From NCBI GenBank assembly GCA_001513185.1, contig LFST01000046.1, forward strand, positions 18,161 through 82,160: a stretch of 64,000 nt of DNA, given 5' to 3'. The position numbers and the translations under genes were made by a program. The stretch's first letter is position 1; the number at the start of each line of letters is the position of its first letter. The notes beneath the pieces are model-generated. The model saw only the letters and a list, made by a program, of their open reading frames with translations. It was not told the origin of the DNA and searched no databases. Shown piece after piece: positions 29,030-39,127 of this stretch. The DNA is from Candidatus Fermentithermobacillaceae bacterium DTU015. GTDB lineage: Bacteria > Bacillota > Sulfobacillia > Fermentithermobacillales > Fermentithermobacillaceae.

Positions 29030-30397
29030 GTGGTCTATGTGAGCTCCCCTATTAGTTTCAATGTGACGGGGCTGGATACTGAAACTTTGATCCAGGAGCT
29101 TATGCGAATCGAGCGGCAGCCTGTAGTCGCCCTGGAGAACAAGCAGAAACTCATATCCGAAAAGAAGGCTGCGTGGAATGCCCTAAAGTCGAAAATAGAG
29201 TCGCTTATGTCGAAGCTCAAGCCTCTTTTGGAACGGCAGGTGTTTAAAGCAAAAGCGGCCAAATCGGGCGATGCAGAAGTAGTTGCAGCCAAAGCCACAG
29301 AGGCTGCCATACCCGGCACCTATGAGATTGAAGTGATTAGCCTGGCCAGGGCTCATGTGCTGCAGTCCGGCGCCTTTACTTTGCCCCAAGGCCCTGACGA
29401 AGCGTTAGGGCGTTCAGGCACACTGGTGCTGACTGTAGGCGGGATTACCCGGGAGATCATCATAGGGGCGGACAGTACCCTAAACTCCATCGCGGCGCAG
29501 ATCAACAGCCTGGAAGACCTCGGGATCAGCGCATCTGTGCTTGAGGTTGAGCCTTCGATCTACCGGCTGGTGCTGGTGGCCAAGTCCACAGGACAACCGA
29601 TTACGTTCCAAGAGCAAGGTTTTGAACAGGGGCAGGGGTTGGCTATTGAGGAAGTGCAGGCAGCTGCCGAAGCTACGTTCAAGATAAACGGCATTACCTT
29701 TAAGAGGGATTCCAATGAAATCACCGATGCCATCCCTGGAGTGACCCTAACCCTCCACAAGACCGGGGTTACTTCGGTTTCAGTCAGCTATGACGATGAT
29801 GCCTTGGTAAGTGCCGTGCGGGATCTTGTAAATGAATATAACAGCCTTCTGGATTTGGCGGCAAAGTACAATGTTTACAATAGCGAAACGCGCACGGCGG
29901 GCTTGCTGTTTGGCGATCCCCTGCTTCAAAGGCTGCTTAGCCAGATCAGGCAAGCCCTTTTCAGGGAGATGCCTGACAATGTCCAGAGATTTAGGTTTGT
30001 GGGGGAAATTGGGATAAGCACCGGCAGCATCGGGTCATATTCAAAGGACGGCAAGCTTTCACTGGACGAATCGAAACTCCGGGAAGCCCTTGCCGAAAAC
30101 CGGGAGGCAGTTGCATTCCTTCTGGCAGGAGACCAAACTGACTCAGAAGGGATACTGGATGGTTTCAGACAGGTGCTGCAAATGTATGTTGCCCACGACG
30201 GTTTCTTGCCTCTGAGAGAAGCCACCTTGGACTCTCAGAATAAGGACATATCCCGCCAGATTGAGAACCTTGAGAGGCGGCTGGAAGTGAGGCTCATGAA
30301 CTTAAGGCGGCAGTTTACCGCCCTGGAAGCCCTGCTGATGCAGATGAATACCCAGAGCATTTTCATAGCCCAGCAAATACAGGGGCTGTTTATGTGA
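29030..30397 (+). CDS. fliD: Flagellar filament cap protein FliD
   Basis: N-terminal SGLDTETLIQELMRIERQP and C-terminal FliD domains. 455 aa. Confidence 0.9.
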   Translation: MVYVSSPISFNVTGLDTETLIQELMRIERQPVVALENKQKLISEKKAAWNALKSKIESLMSKLKPLLERQVFKAKAAKSGDAEVVAAKATEAAIPGTYEIEVISLARAHVLQSGAFTLPQGPDEALGRSGTLVLTVGGITREIIIGADSTLNSIAAQINSLEDLGISASVLEVEPSIYRLVLVAKSTGQPITFQEQGFEQGQGLAIEEVQAAAEATFKINGITFKRDSNEITDAIPGVTLTLHKTGVTSVSVSYDDDALVSAVRDLVNEYNSLLDLAAKYNVYNSETRTAGLLFGDPLLQRLLSQIRQALFREMPDNVQRFRFVGEIGISTGSIGSYSKDGKLSLDESKLREALAENREAVAFLLAGDQTDSEGILDGFRQVLQMYVAHDGFLPLREATLDSQNKDISRQIENLERRLEVRLMNLRRQFTALEALLMQMNTQSIFIAQQIQGLFM

Positions 30398-30424
30398 CAC
30401 GACTGAAAGACCGGGTGATCGGAT

Positions 30425-30820
30425 TTGACGTACCCAGCTAATGCAGGAAACAGGCAAAAGGCACTAAACGCTTACAGGCAATCAAGTGTGGAGACGGCTT
30501 CCCCGGCTGAACTTGTGACCATGCTGTTCAATGTATGCCTGAGGAACATGCGGGAAGCCATAAAGTGCATCGAAGCCAAAGATTATGCCGGGGCCAATGA
30601 AAAACTGGTGCGGGCCCAGGAAATCGTAGATGAACTACGGGCCGCTCTGGACCTGTCAGTAGGCGACCTGGCGGGAAGGCTGTATTCCCTCTACAATTTC
30701 GTGTATTCGTGCCTGATAAAGGCCAACATACGCAAGCAAACCGGCCCTGTAAGAGACGCCATGGAAGTGATCACCCAGATCAGGGATGCTTGGCAGGAGG
30801 CGATGAAGGGCTATGGTTGA
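30425..30820 (+). CDS. fliS: Flagellin-specific chaperone FliS
   Basis: AYRQSSVETASPAELVTMLF...LYNFVYSCL four-helix FliS pattern. Confidence 0.9.
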   Translation: MTYPANAGNRQKALNAYRQSSVETASPAELVTMLFNVCLRNMREAIKCIEAKDYAGANEKLVRAQEIVDELRAALDLSVGDLAGRLYSLYNFVYSCLIKANIRKQTGPVRDAMEVITQIRDAWQEAMKGYG

Positions 30821-31154
30821 GAGGCTTAAGGATCTCTTGGCGATCACAGCTCAAGCCAGGGATGCAGCCAGGGCCGGCAACTTCCGTAAGGTACAGGAAC
30901 TCATAGATCAACGGGAAACGGTGCTTGAGCGGTTTAGCGCCAAGTCCCTGGCCGGCCTTACCGATACTCAGAAAGTGTTGGCGAAAGAAGTTGCCATGTG
31001 TCTCACCCAGTTGGACGAGGAGATCCAGGAAGTTGTAAAACAGCAAATGGAACAGGATAACCAAGAGATGCTTGAGATCACCAACAAACTCAGGGTGCTC
31101 ATGGCGTATTCCAGGGGACTTAGGTCAAAGCGCCGGTTTGACAGCATCCGTTAG
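30813..31154 (+). CDS. FliT-like flagellar export chaperone (by position and helical character)
   Basis: 113-aa all-helical protein immediately after fliS, overlapping its stop. Confidence 0.5.
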   Translation: MVERLKDLLAITAQARDAARAGNFRKVQELIDQRETVLERFSAKSLAGLTDTQKVLAKEVAMCLTQLDEEIQEVVKQQMEQDNQEMLEITNKLRVLMAYSRGLRSKRRFDSIR

Positions 31155-31171
31155 AAAACCTGCAGAAAACA

Positions 31172-31205
31172 TAAAAGCCCCGGCACTGCTGCCGGGGCTT
31201 GTTGG
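31172..31205. terminator. Bidirectional rho-independent terminator shared by the fliT operon (+) and cspA (-)
   Basis: AGCCCCGGCA-ctgc-TGCCGGGGCT, flanked by AAAA (a U-run on the minus strand) and TTGTTGG. Confidence 0.7.
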
Positions 31206-31211
31206 CCAGGT

Positions 31212-31415
31212 CTACACAACAATCTTCATTACATTGGCAGCTTGAAGCCCTTTAGGTCCTTCAATGATGTTAAATTCTACAAGATCGCCTTCATTCAGAG
31301 TACGGAACCCTTCTTCTTGGATTGCCGTGTAATGGACGAACACGTCAGGTCCGTCTTCCCTTTGGATAAAACCGTAGCCTTTTTGCGCGTTGAACCATTT
31401 TACTCTACCTTGCAT
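31212..31415 (-). CDS. cspA: Cold-shock protein (CspA family)
   Basis: [26 protein letters not shown]1/RNP2 motifs. 67 aa. Confidence 0.95.
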   Translation of the reverse strand: MQGRVKWFNAQKGYGFIQREDGPDVFVHYTAIQEEGFRTLNEGDLVEFNIIEGPKGLQAANVMKIVV

Positions 31416-31769
31416 TTCGGGACATTCCTCCTAATTCCCGACGACGGGTCCCCGGCCACGTCGTCTTTTGGAGCTTTTAGCTCGTGCTCGGACTATAGCA
31501 TTCCCATGGCCAAGAGTCAACACACTGTTATCTATATCCTGTGGATAATGTGGGTAATTTTGTTGATAACCAGTTAGACCGCGGTTTCCGGTTGGGGATA
31601 TGTCTGTGGATTGTCAATGCGTGTCGATTAGGCGTATTGACTAGGGCCAGAATATGTCGAACACTAGAATAAAGGGTAAGATTACCATAGAACGCTTATG
31701 AAGGTGTCTACGCCCTTCATAGGGAATAACTATTAGGCAAATACTTTCCATGGAGTGGAGGTATGCGGG

Positions 31770-32300
31770 ATGGAGATCAATATCCGAGGCAAGAACGTAG
31801 ACGTACCCGTTGCACTCCGGCAGTACGCAGAGAAAAGGCTTAGCAAACTGGAAAAATACGTTAGGCAAGATCCTGTCGTGTGCCAGGTTACCTTTTCAAC
31901 TGTACGGGGCCGTTATGTAGTTGAAGTCACCATTCCCCTTAACAACATGATCGTCAGGGCTGAAGAATCTGCGCAAGACGCATTTTCTTCTGTTGACTTG
32001 GTAGTTGAGAAACTTGAGCGTCAGCTTGAAAAATACAAGACCAGGCTGCTGAGGCGCGACAAGCCTGAAGTCAAGGTTGACCAGGAAAAGCCAGGTACTG
32101 AACCAGAGCCTGAGACTGGCAGGATCGTCAGGGTCAAACGGTTTGCCATGAAACCTATGATGCCCGAAGAAGCTGCCCTCCAGATGGAGCTTTTGGGCCA
32201 CGACTTTTTTGTGTTCGTCAACGGTGAAACAGAGGTTGTAAATGTAATCTACAAGCGTAAAGACGGCAACTTCGGGCTCATCGAGCCTGAGAATATCTAG
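31770..32300 (+). CDS. hpf: Ribosome hibernation-promoting factor (long HPF)
   Basis: MEINIRGKNVDVPVALRQYAEKRLSKLEKY plus C-terminal dimerisation domain. ATG at 31770 after GGAGTGGAGG. Confidence 0.92.
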   Translation: MEINIRGKNVDVPVALRQYAEKRLSKLEKYVRQDPVVCQVTFSTVRGRYVVEVTIPLNNMIVRAEESAQDAFSSVDLVVEKLERQLEKYKTRLLRRDKPEVKVDQEKPGTEPEPETGRIVRVKRFAMKPMMPEEAALQMELLGHDFFVFVNGETEVVNVIYKRKDGNFGLIEPENI

Positions 32301-32321
32301 CTCCGAGGGCTGAGGCGTTAA

Positions 32322-33437
32322 ATGGACCGGCCGGTAACCGTGGTTATCTTCGAAGGAGGACAGGCTCAAACATCCCTCGACAAGACGATTAGTTACGTCC
32401 GCAGCCAGGTGGTGCTCGATACCCTGTCCAAATTGGCACTGGCTTCAGAAATCGACAGGGTGATCCTGGTTACGAACAATGCTGAGCTTGCCGGCCAAGC
32501 TTCCGGCCTAGCGGAGGTAGACTTTGATTCGGACACGCGGCCGTTTCATTTTGGCGCGCGGCTGAGAGAGCTGATCGTAAGCCACAAACTGGACAATGTG
32601 ATTTACATGGGTGGAGCTGCTGCTCCACTCATGACTTGGGAAGAGTTTAACGAAATCGCCCTTACTCTTAAGGCAAACAGGAACGTTGTGGTTGTAAACA
32701 ACGTCCAGTCTGCAGATCTAGTGGCATTTACCCCTGCCCGGGCTATCGATGAAATTGAGCTTCCTGAATCAGACAATGCTTTGGGCAACTTACTGCGCGG
32801 TATCGGCATGCGCCGGATACTCATTCCTAACTCAGGCCGGGTAAATTTCGACCTTGACACACCGGTGGATATCCAGATCCTTGGGATGCACCCGGATTGC
32901 GGCCCCAGGGCGCTTGAAGCCATCCAGTCCCTTGATTGGCCCGCCCACAAATTGGAGCAAGCCCTAAGGATATTGAGGCAGGATTCCAAGGAGATCGCCG
33001 TGTTTGGGAGAGTGGGTCCTGCTGTAATCCAATACATAAACACAAATATGGTTCACAGAATGAGAGTATATTCCGAAGAAAGAGGTATGAAGGCACTTGG
33101 CCGGGATGAACGTGGCGAAGTTGTTTCCCTCATAGGCTACATGATCCAAGAACTAGGTCCCGCCAAGTTCTTTGAATACCTTGCAAAGGTATGTGACCTT
33201 GCCTTCATTGACAGCAGGGTAATTTTTGCTCACCTGAACAAGCAGGTTTCAGATTGGGACAGGTTCCAGTCCGATTTGGGCAGGTACGACCTGGTCGGCG
33301 ATGAGTGGGTAAGGGAGTTCACACGATGTGCTTGGGAAGCACCTATTCCCGTTATTCTGGGAGGCCATAGTCTTGTGGCTGCAGGATTGTGGCTCCTGGC
33401 TGAGATGGTGGTAAGGGAAAGGGAAGGTCTCTCATAG
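32322..33437 (+). CDS. Hypothetical protein with a degenerate nucleotidyltransferase (MobA/CofC-like) N-terminal domain
   Basis: 371 aa. N-terminus VVIFEGGQAQTSLDK...RVILVTNN...DNVIYMGGAAAPL resembles an NTP-transferase fold but lacks the basic residue of the G-loop. The C-terminal half is unrecognised. Confidence 0.55.
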   Translation: MDRPVTVVIFEGGQAQTSLDKTISYVRSQVVLDTLSKLALASEIDRVILVTNNAELAGQASGLAEVDFDSDTRPFHFGARLRELIVSHKLDNVIYMGGAAAPLMTWEEFNEIALTLKANRNVVVVNNVQSADLVAFTPARAIDEIELPESDNALGNLLRGIGMRRILIPNSGRVNFDLDTPVDIQILGMHPDCGPRALEAIQSLDWPAHKLEQALRILRQDSKEIAVFGRVGPAVIQYINTNMVHRMRVYSEERGMKALGRDERGEVVSLIGYMIQELGPAKFFEYLAKVCDLAFIDSRVIFAHLNKQVSDWDRFQSDLGRYDLVGDEWVREFTRCAWEAPIPVILGGHSLVAAGLWLLAEMVVREREGLS

Positions 33438-33505
33438 CACCGCTGTAACTCCCCTATACCATGCTTGCAGTCCGGCCATGCCATTAAGGATTCGAGGTGT
33501 GAGTC

Positions 33506-34147
33506 ATGCCTGATGAGTTAGCTAGAGCAAGAGAACTTGAGAGCACTGTCGAGAAAATCAAAGACGTTATAGCCTGCAGGGTAGTGTTTAGCGATGAAGG
33601 AGAAATCGAAGAAATCCACGTACTGGCGCGTTCAGGGCGCTCGCCCAGGTACATAGTACGGGACATTGAATCGGCAATCTTGGCGGCTTGTGGCGTCACG
33701 GTAGACAGGCGGAAGATTTCCATAGCCCAGTTGGGCCAGGAAGATGACGTACAGGACAAAGGCCGGCCGGTGCTTACGCGGGTATCCCTCACCTCGAGCC
33801 AAGACGAGGCCGAAATGATGGTGGATCTTAGCGTAGGCAAGACCCTGGTTTCAGGAAACGCCAAAGGGATCCCTACACCCAACCGGTGGCTCAAACTTGC
33901 CGCAGAAGCTACCCTGGATGCCTTGTCCAAACTTCTGTCGCCCAGGGTAAAGATTACGTTGCATGACGTTACCGTGGCCCAGTCTAAGTCGGCCAGGATA
34001 GCCCTAGTGACGCTCACCCTTGTGGACAATGGGCAGCAGGTAATGCTCAGCGGTTCTTGTCCGGTTACCTACGATGAGAGAGAGTCTGTGGTAAGAGCAA
34101 CCTTAGATGCAATTAACAGGAAGTTTCCCATGTTGTTAGACAAATAG
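33506..34147 (+). CDS. Hypothetical protein built from three ~60-aa beta-beta-alpha repeats
   Basis: 213 aa after a GAGGTG RBS. Repeats end in IESAILAACG / AAEATLDALSKL / VVRATLDAINRKF. Charge composition is protein-like. The antisense 33484-34029 ORF is S/T-rich and taken as an artefact. Confidence 0.6.
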   Translation: MPDELARARELESTVEKIKDVIACRVVFSDEGEIEEIHVLARSGRSPRYIVRDIESAILAACGVTVDRRKISIAQLGQEDDVQDKGRPVLTRVSLTSSQDEAEMMVDLSVGKTLVSGNAKGIPTPNRWLKLAAEATLDALSKLLSPRVKITLHDVTVAQSKSARIALVTLTLVDNGQQVMLSGSCPVTYDERESVVRATLDAINRKFPMLLDK

Positions 34148-34407
34148 ACAAATGCCGTCACACTTTTGGGTGGTTTGTAAAAGGAAACTAGATTCAGATG
34201 TAGAACAGATCCATAGTGCCGACAGCCCGGAAATTTTCCAGCGGAGCTAGTGAGGATCTGGATTAGCGGTTCGGATACAAGCAGGTAACGGGGGGTTTTT
34301 CTGTGAACAAGATTCTTAAGGCCATTCTAGCAATTCTTACACTCCTTTTGGCTGGAGCTGCTTGTTTCCAGTTGGGCTAATAACTGGATAGGGCTGTCGG
34401 CTTTACT

Positions 34408-35673
34408 ATGAGGTGTCCGGCATTGGAAAAACGATACAGTCTGTTTAACGCATATGTATGGGGCATCGCCGGCCTGGGTTTAATCCTTCTTGCAACCCAC
34501 ATCCCTAAGTTTCAGGACGGCTACTGTTTGCTCGATGTGCTGTTCATAGGTGTGATGGTTGCGTGTGGCGAAGCGGTGGCGGTACCGTTCCCCAGGGGAA
34601 AGGGTACTGCCTCCATGGCTACCCCGCTGATGTTCACTGCAATCGTCTTGTACGGGCCTGCAATAGGCATGTGGATGGCTGCACTTGCCACTTTACGTAA
34701 GAGAGACTTGTCAGGCGAGGTACCTCTGGGCGTGGTGTTGTTCAACAGAGGTATGTTGACACTCTGCGCCTACGTGTTTGCCAAGGTATATCAATTTGTG
34801 TACGGCGAATTTGGGAGTATCGAGTTCCCCAGAGGGCTGTTTGCCTTTATATTAGCAGCATCGGCGTTTACCCTGCTCAATGCCATCCTCATCGGGAAGG
34901 GGCTTGCGTTCCAGCTCAGGACTTCGTTTGCCAGCATATGGCGGCGCAACATTGCCTGGATGCTCCCGAATATGTTTGCCCTGTTTCCTGTGGGTGCGCT
35001 TATGGTGCTGGTGGTCCAGCAAACAAGCCCATTGGTGCTGGTGTTTTTCTACTTGCCCCTCCTGGTTACAAGAGTTTCTTTGCAAAAATACATAGACCTC
35101 TGGGACACTTACAGCGAAATGGCTGCCGCCTTGAGCATCGCTTTAGACGCCAGGGATTCATACACCCACGGGCATTCGGTAAGGGTGTCAGAATACTCAT
35201 ATAAACTTGCCAAGCGGCTGGGGCTTAGCGATGACGAAGCAGAACTCATAAAATACGTGGGGCTCCTCCATGACGTGGGCAAAGTTGGCATGTCAGACAG
35301 CTTGCTGAAGAAGGAAGGGCCGTTTACATACGACGAGTACGAAATGATGAAAAAGCACAGCGAAATCGGTGCCGACATAATCAAAGTGATGAAGTTCCTG
35401 GGCAAAGGAGAACAGTGGGTAAGGCATCACCATGAGAGATGGGACGGTACAGGTTTTCCCGCCGGGCTCAAAGGGGAGGAAATTCCTTTAGGCGCCCGTA
35501 TAATAGCATGTGCTGATGCGTTCGATGCCATGACCACAGACAGGCCCTACAAAGAAAAGATGTCCTTTGAAGAAGCCAAGCGGGAACTTCTGGAATGTTC
35601 AGGCACTCAGTTTGATCCCAAAGTGGTGGAAGCCATGATCCAGATTATCGACGAAGATCTCCTGAGGAAGTGA
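34408..35673 (+). CDS. 7TM-receptor HD-GYP-family phosphohydrolase (motif variant HHERWDGTGFP)
   Basis: N-terminal half with about seven hydrophobic segments. C-terminal HD domain (LLHDVGKV, HHERWDGTGFP, DAFDAMTTDRPYK). Confidence 0.88.
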   Translation: MRCPALEKRYSLFNAYVWGIAGLGLILLATHIPKFQDGYCLLDVLFIGVMVACGEAVAVPFPRGKGTASMATPLMFTAIVLYGPAIGMWMAALATLRKRDLSGEVPLGVVLFNRGMLTLCAYVFAKVYQFVYGEFGSIEFPRGLFAFILAASAFTLLNAILIGKGLAFQLRTSFASIWRRNIAWMLPNMFALFPVGALMVLVVQQTSPLVLVFFYLPLLVTRVSLQKYIDLWDTYSEMAAALSIALDARDSYTHGHSVRVSEYSYKLAKRLGLSDDEAELIKYVGLLHDVGKVGMSDSLLKKEGPFTYDEYEMMKKHSEIGADIIKVMKFLGKGEQWVRHHHERWDGTGFPAGLKGEEIPLGARIIACADAFDAMTTDRPYKEKMSFEEAKRELLECSGTQFDPKVVEAMIQIIDEDLLRK

Positions 35674-35677
35674 TGGA

Positions 35678-36250
35678 GTGTTTAGGTTTGTGGTAGTGTT
35701 GTCCCTCGTGCTCGGCGTGTTGACAGGGGGGAAACTCTCAAGGCTCGGCGAACTCAAACTTGAGCGTTTCGGTTGGATTCTGGCTTCGTTTGCAGTAAAG
35801 TTCGGTTCCGTGCTGTTGCTGCAAGGCAAGGTTGAACCTTCCCCGGCGCTGTGCACTGCCATATCTCTGGCCACTTACCTAATGCTTTTCTACGGGCTTT
35901 ACCCCAACCTCAAGCTTCCGGGGTTTGCCCCCATGACGTTGGGGATGTTCCTCAACTTCTTGGTGATAATTGTCAACGGGGGCAGGATGCCGGTTGATCC
36001 CAACGGTATCGGGATGAGCTTGCTTGAGAGCCAGGTACAAGATTTGGGCGTAAGCCTTACCCACCAGGTGATTTCAGACGACGTAAGACTCAGGCCGTTT
36101 GCAGATATCTTCGGATGGAAGTTCCTTTCTAAGACCCCTACCACTTTCAGCGTCGGCGACATCTTGATGGCCGCCGGCGTGCTGTGGTTTATCCTCCACA
36201 CCTTGCACCGCGGTTTTCCTGAAGCCCAAAAGGATGCTAGAATTAGCTGA
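35678..36250 (+). CDS. Small polytopic membrane protein (DUF5317-like)
   Basis: 190 aa, four to five TM segments. GTG start 4 nt after the HD-GYP stop. The family name is recalled, not computed. Confidence 0.55.
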   Translation: MFRFVVVLSLVLGVLTGGKLSRLGELKLERFGWILASFAVKFGSVLLLQGKVEPSPALCTAISLATYLMLFYGLYPNLKLPGFAPMTLGMFLNFLVIIVNGGRMPVDPNGIGMSLLESQVQDLGVSLTHQVISDDVRLRPFADIFGWKFLSKTPTTFSVGDILMAAGVLWFILHTLHRGFPEAQKDARIS

Positions 36251-36348
36251 ACATAGCCGAAGCTATATCTAATGGGCATATACGAGGCCAAGAGCGTACA
36301 TGCAGCACAGAGATTAGCCGGTACCTGGAAAAGGGGATATGTGTGTCT

Positions 36349-39084
36349 ATGTTGAGAAAACTGTTTGACCCTAATGAGCGAGAACTACGAAAACTGTCCC
36401 GTACCGTTGCTGCGGTATCAGCCCTGGAGCCTCAATTGAGGCGCCTTTCAGACCAGGAACTCCAGGCTAAGACCGGGGAGTTCCGGCAGCGGGCTTCCAA
36501 TGGAGAATCCCTCGACGCTTTGCTCCCTGAAACCTTTGCAGTGGTGCGGGAAGTGGCCAGGCGGGTCTTGGATATGAGGCATTTTGATGTGCAGATAATG
36601 GGCGGCATCGTGTTGCACCAGGGCAGGATTGCCGAAATGCAGACCGGTGAAGGCAAGACCCTGGTTGCTACCTTGCCTGCATATCTCAATGCCATAGGCG
36701 GCCGCACCGTCCACGTGGTCACGGTTAACGACTATCTGGCGTCAAGGGACAGGGAGTGGATGGGGCAGATTTACAGGTTCCTGGGCCTGGAAGTGGGCTT
36801 GGTGGTCTCGGGCATGGACCCTGGAGCGAAACAGCGGTCATATTCATGCCCGATCATATACGGGACCAACACCGAGTTCGGATTTGATTACTTAAGGGAC
36901 AACATGGCTTTACGCAAGCAGGATTTGGTCCAGGGGCCCCTTGATTACGCCATCATCGACGAGGTTGACTCTATCCTCATCGACGAGGCAAGAACCCCGC
37001 TTATCATTTCAGGCCAGGTCGAGGGCTCCACAGACAGGTACCGCAAATTTAAGCTCTTAGCCGACCGCTTGGCCAGGGATAAACATTACACCGTTGACGA
37101 AAAGGCCAGGACGGTTGCGTTTACTGAAGAAGGGATTGCCCTGATCGAGGATTTCCTGGGTATCGGCGACATCTCATCGGAAGAAAATATCGGTATCGAA
37201 CATTATGTCAAGCAGGCGGTAAAGGCCAAGGAACTCATGCGCCGCGATGTGGACTACGTGGTAAAAGATGGGCAGGTGCTGATTGTCGACGAGTTCACAG
37301 GCCGGATTTTGCCAGGCAGGCGTTTTTCCGACGGGCTTCACCAGGCCATAGAAGCCAAAGAAGGGGTGGAGGTGCGGGAAGAGTCTGACACCCTTGCCAC
37401 CATCACCGTCCAGAACTTCTTCAGGATGTACAAAAAGCTGGCCGGTATGACAGGTACTGCCGCCACCGAAGAGTCGGAGTTCATCGAGATTTACGGTATG
37501 GACGTGGTGTCCATACCGCCCAACAAGCCGCTTATAAGAACCGCTATGCCAGATTCCATCTGGGCTACGGAAAAGGCCAAGTTCGAGGCGGTCGTGGAAG
37601 AAATAGTCGAGCTTCATAGGACCGGGCGGCCTGTGCTTGTGGGTACCAGGTCGGTGGAAAAATCCGAGACCCTGTCCCGGATGCTTAAGGCCAGGGGGAT
37701 TCCCCACGAGGTGCTCAACGCTAAGCACCACGAAAGGGAAGCTGAGATAGTGGCTCAGGCGGGACGGAAAGGCGCTGTAACCATAGCTACCAACATGGCC
37801 GGACGGGGTACGGATATACTCTTGGGCGGCAACCCTGAGTTCATGGCACGTACTGCCCTGCGGAAAGAAGGATTTGAGCCCGACGTAATTGCCGTAGCCT
37901 GCGAAAAGGTGCTTCCTCAGGCAATGGTTGAAAGGTTAAACTCCGGGGACACAGATGAGTTCTTGGAAAACGTAATCAAGGCGCGCGAGCGGTACAAACA
38001 GCTCTATGAAGAAGCCAAAAAGATAACGGACAGAGAACACCAGGAAGTAGTGGCTTTAGGCGGGCTCCATGTGATCGGCACAGAAAGGCATGAATCCAGG
38101 CGGATCGACAACCAGCTCAGGGGACGGGCTGGCAGGCAAGGTGACCCTGGTTCTTCAAGGTTCTATTTGTCTTTGGAAGATGAGCTCATGAGGCTGTTCG
38201 GCGGCGACCTTATCGGCAACGTAATGGGCAAAATCGGGTTCCCCGAAGATGAGCCCATAGAACATCCCCTCGTCACCAAGTCGGTTGAAACCGCCCAGAA
38301 GCGGATTGAGGCGCACAATTTTTCAATCAGGAAGAGTGTGCTTGAATACGACAACGTCTTGAATAAACAACGGGAAGTGATCTACGCCCAGAGACGTGAG
38401 GTACTCGAAAGCCATGAGGTTTCAGGCATAGTCCAGGACATGATGCACAGGGCGATCGGTTTAGGGTTTGACTTGCACTGGGCGCCTGGGTTGTCCCAGG
38501 CAGAAGCTGATTTTCCAGGGCTTGAGAATTACTTCAAGCAACTGCTGCCGGGCGTGGATTTCGGGCAAGTGCTCCAAGAGGCTGGATCCAGGGATGATGC
38601 CTTAGAAGCCGTGCAGCGGATTTTTGATGAGGCATACAAACAAAAGGCTGAGGAACTGGGCGAACACTTCCAGACAGTCCAGCGCCTGATACTCTTGAGG
38701 GTAGTTGACCAAAAATGGATAGCCCATCTTCAGGCAATGGATAGCTTAAGGCAAGGTATAGGCCTGCGGGCCTATGGCCAAAGAGATCCCCTCCTTGAGT
38801 ACCAAAAGGAGGGTTATGAGATGTTCCAGGCCATGGTCCAAAGCATCGAACAAGATACTGTAAGCTATGTGTTCCGGGTAACCTTGTCCCGGGGTGAACC
38901 TGCCGGCCGTCGCCGGGCCCCCATTGTTTCTGCAGCCGGTGCCGGAGGGGGCGGGACAAAGCCGGCAGGCACTGCCAGAGCGCCGGCCGGGACATCCGGA
39001 TCTGCACGTAAGGTGGGACGCAATGCCCCCTGCCCGTGCGGGAGCGGCAAGAAATATAAGAATTGCTGTGGTAAACTTGCATAG
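36349..39084 (+). CDS. secA: Preprotein translocase ATPase SecA
   Basis: DEAD-like motor motifs ([32 protein letters not shown]) and C-terminal zinc finger [14 protein letters not shown]. Confidence 0.97.
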   Translation: MLRKLFDPNERELRKLSRTVAAVSALEPQLRRLSDQELQAKTGEFRQRASNGESLDALLPETFAVVREVARRVLDMRHFDVQIMGGIVLHQGRIAEMQTGEGKTLVATLPAYLNAIGGRTVHVVTVNDYLASRDREWMGQIYRFLGLEVGLVVSGMDPGAKQRSYSCPIIYGTNTEFGFDYLRDNMALRKQDLVQGPLDYAIIDEVDSILIDEARTPLIISGQVEGSTDRYRKFKLLADRLARDKHYTVDEKARTVAFTEEGIALIEDFLGIGDISSEENIGIEHYVKQAVKAKELMRRDVDYVVKDGQVLIVDEFTGRILPGRRFSDGLHQAIEAKEGVEVREESDTLATITVQNFFRMYKKLAGMTGTAATEESEFIEIYGMDVVSIPPNKPLIRTAMPDSIWATEKAKFEAVVEEIVELHRTGRPVLVGTRSVEKSETLSRMLKARGIPHEVLNAKHHEREAEIVAQAGRKGAVTIATNMAGRGTDILLGGNPEFMARTALRKEGFEPDVIAVACEKVLPQAMVERLNSGDTDEFLENVIKARERYKQLYEEAKKITDREHQEVVALGGLHVIGTERHESRRIDNQLRGRAGRQGDPGSSRFYLSLEDELMRLFGGDLIGNVMGKIGFPEDEPIEHPLVTKSVETAQKRIEAHNFSIRKSVLEYDNVLNKQREVIYAQRREVLESHEVSGIVQDMMHRAIGLGFDLHWAPGLSQAEADFPGLENYFKQLLPGVDFGQVLQEAGSRDDALEAVQRIFDEAYKQKAEELGEHFQTVQRLILLRVVDQKWIAHLQAMDSLRQGIGLRAYGQRDPLLEYQKEGYEMFQAMVQSIEQDTVSYVFRVTLSRGEPAGRRRAPIVSAAGAGGGGTKPAGTARAPAGTSGSARKVGRNAPCPCGSGKKYKNCCGKLA

Positions 39085-39127
39085 TGTGACTGAATACACA
39101 ACTACATGAGGTTTAGGGGGAATTTTC

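Noticed and set aside
31416-31769. DnaA-box-like TGTGGATAA (and a TGTGGATTG variant) plus a 7-bp hairpin ATGAAGG-n9-CCTTCAT in the cspA/hpf divergent region
   Set aside because: An isolated 9-mer match is expected by chance in 64 kb and there is no cluster of boxes. The hairpin is most simply part of the long cspA 5' UTR or the hpf promoter region. It is not strong enough to call.
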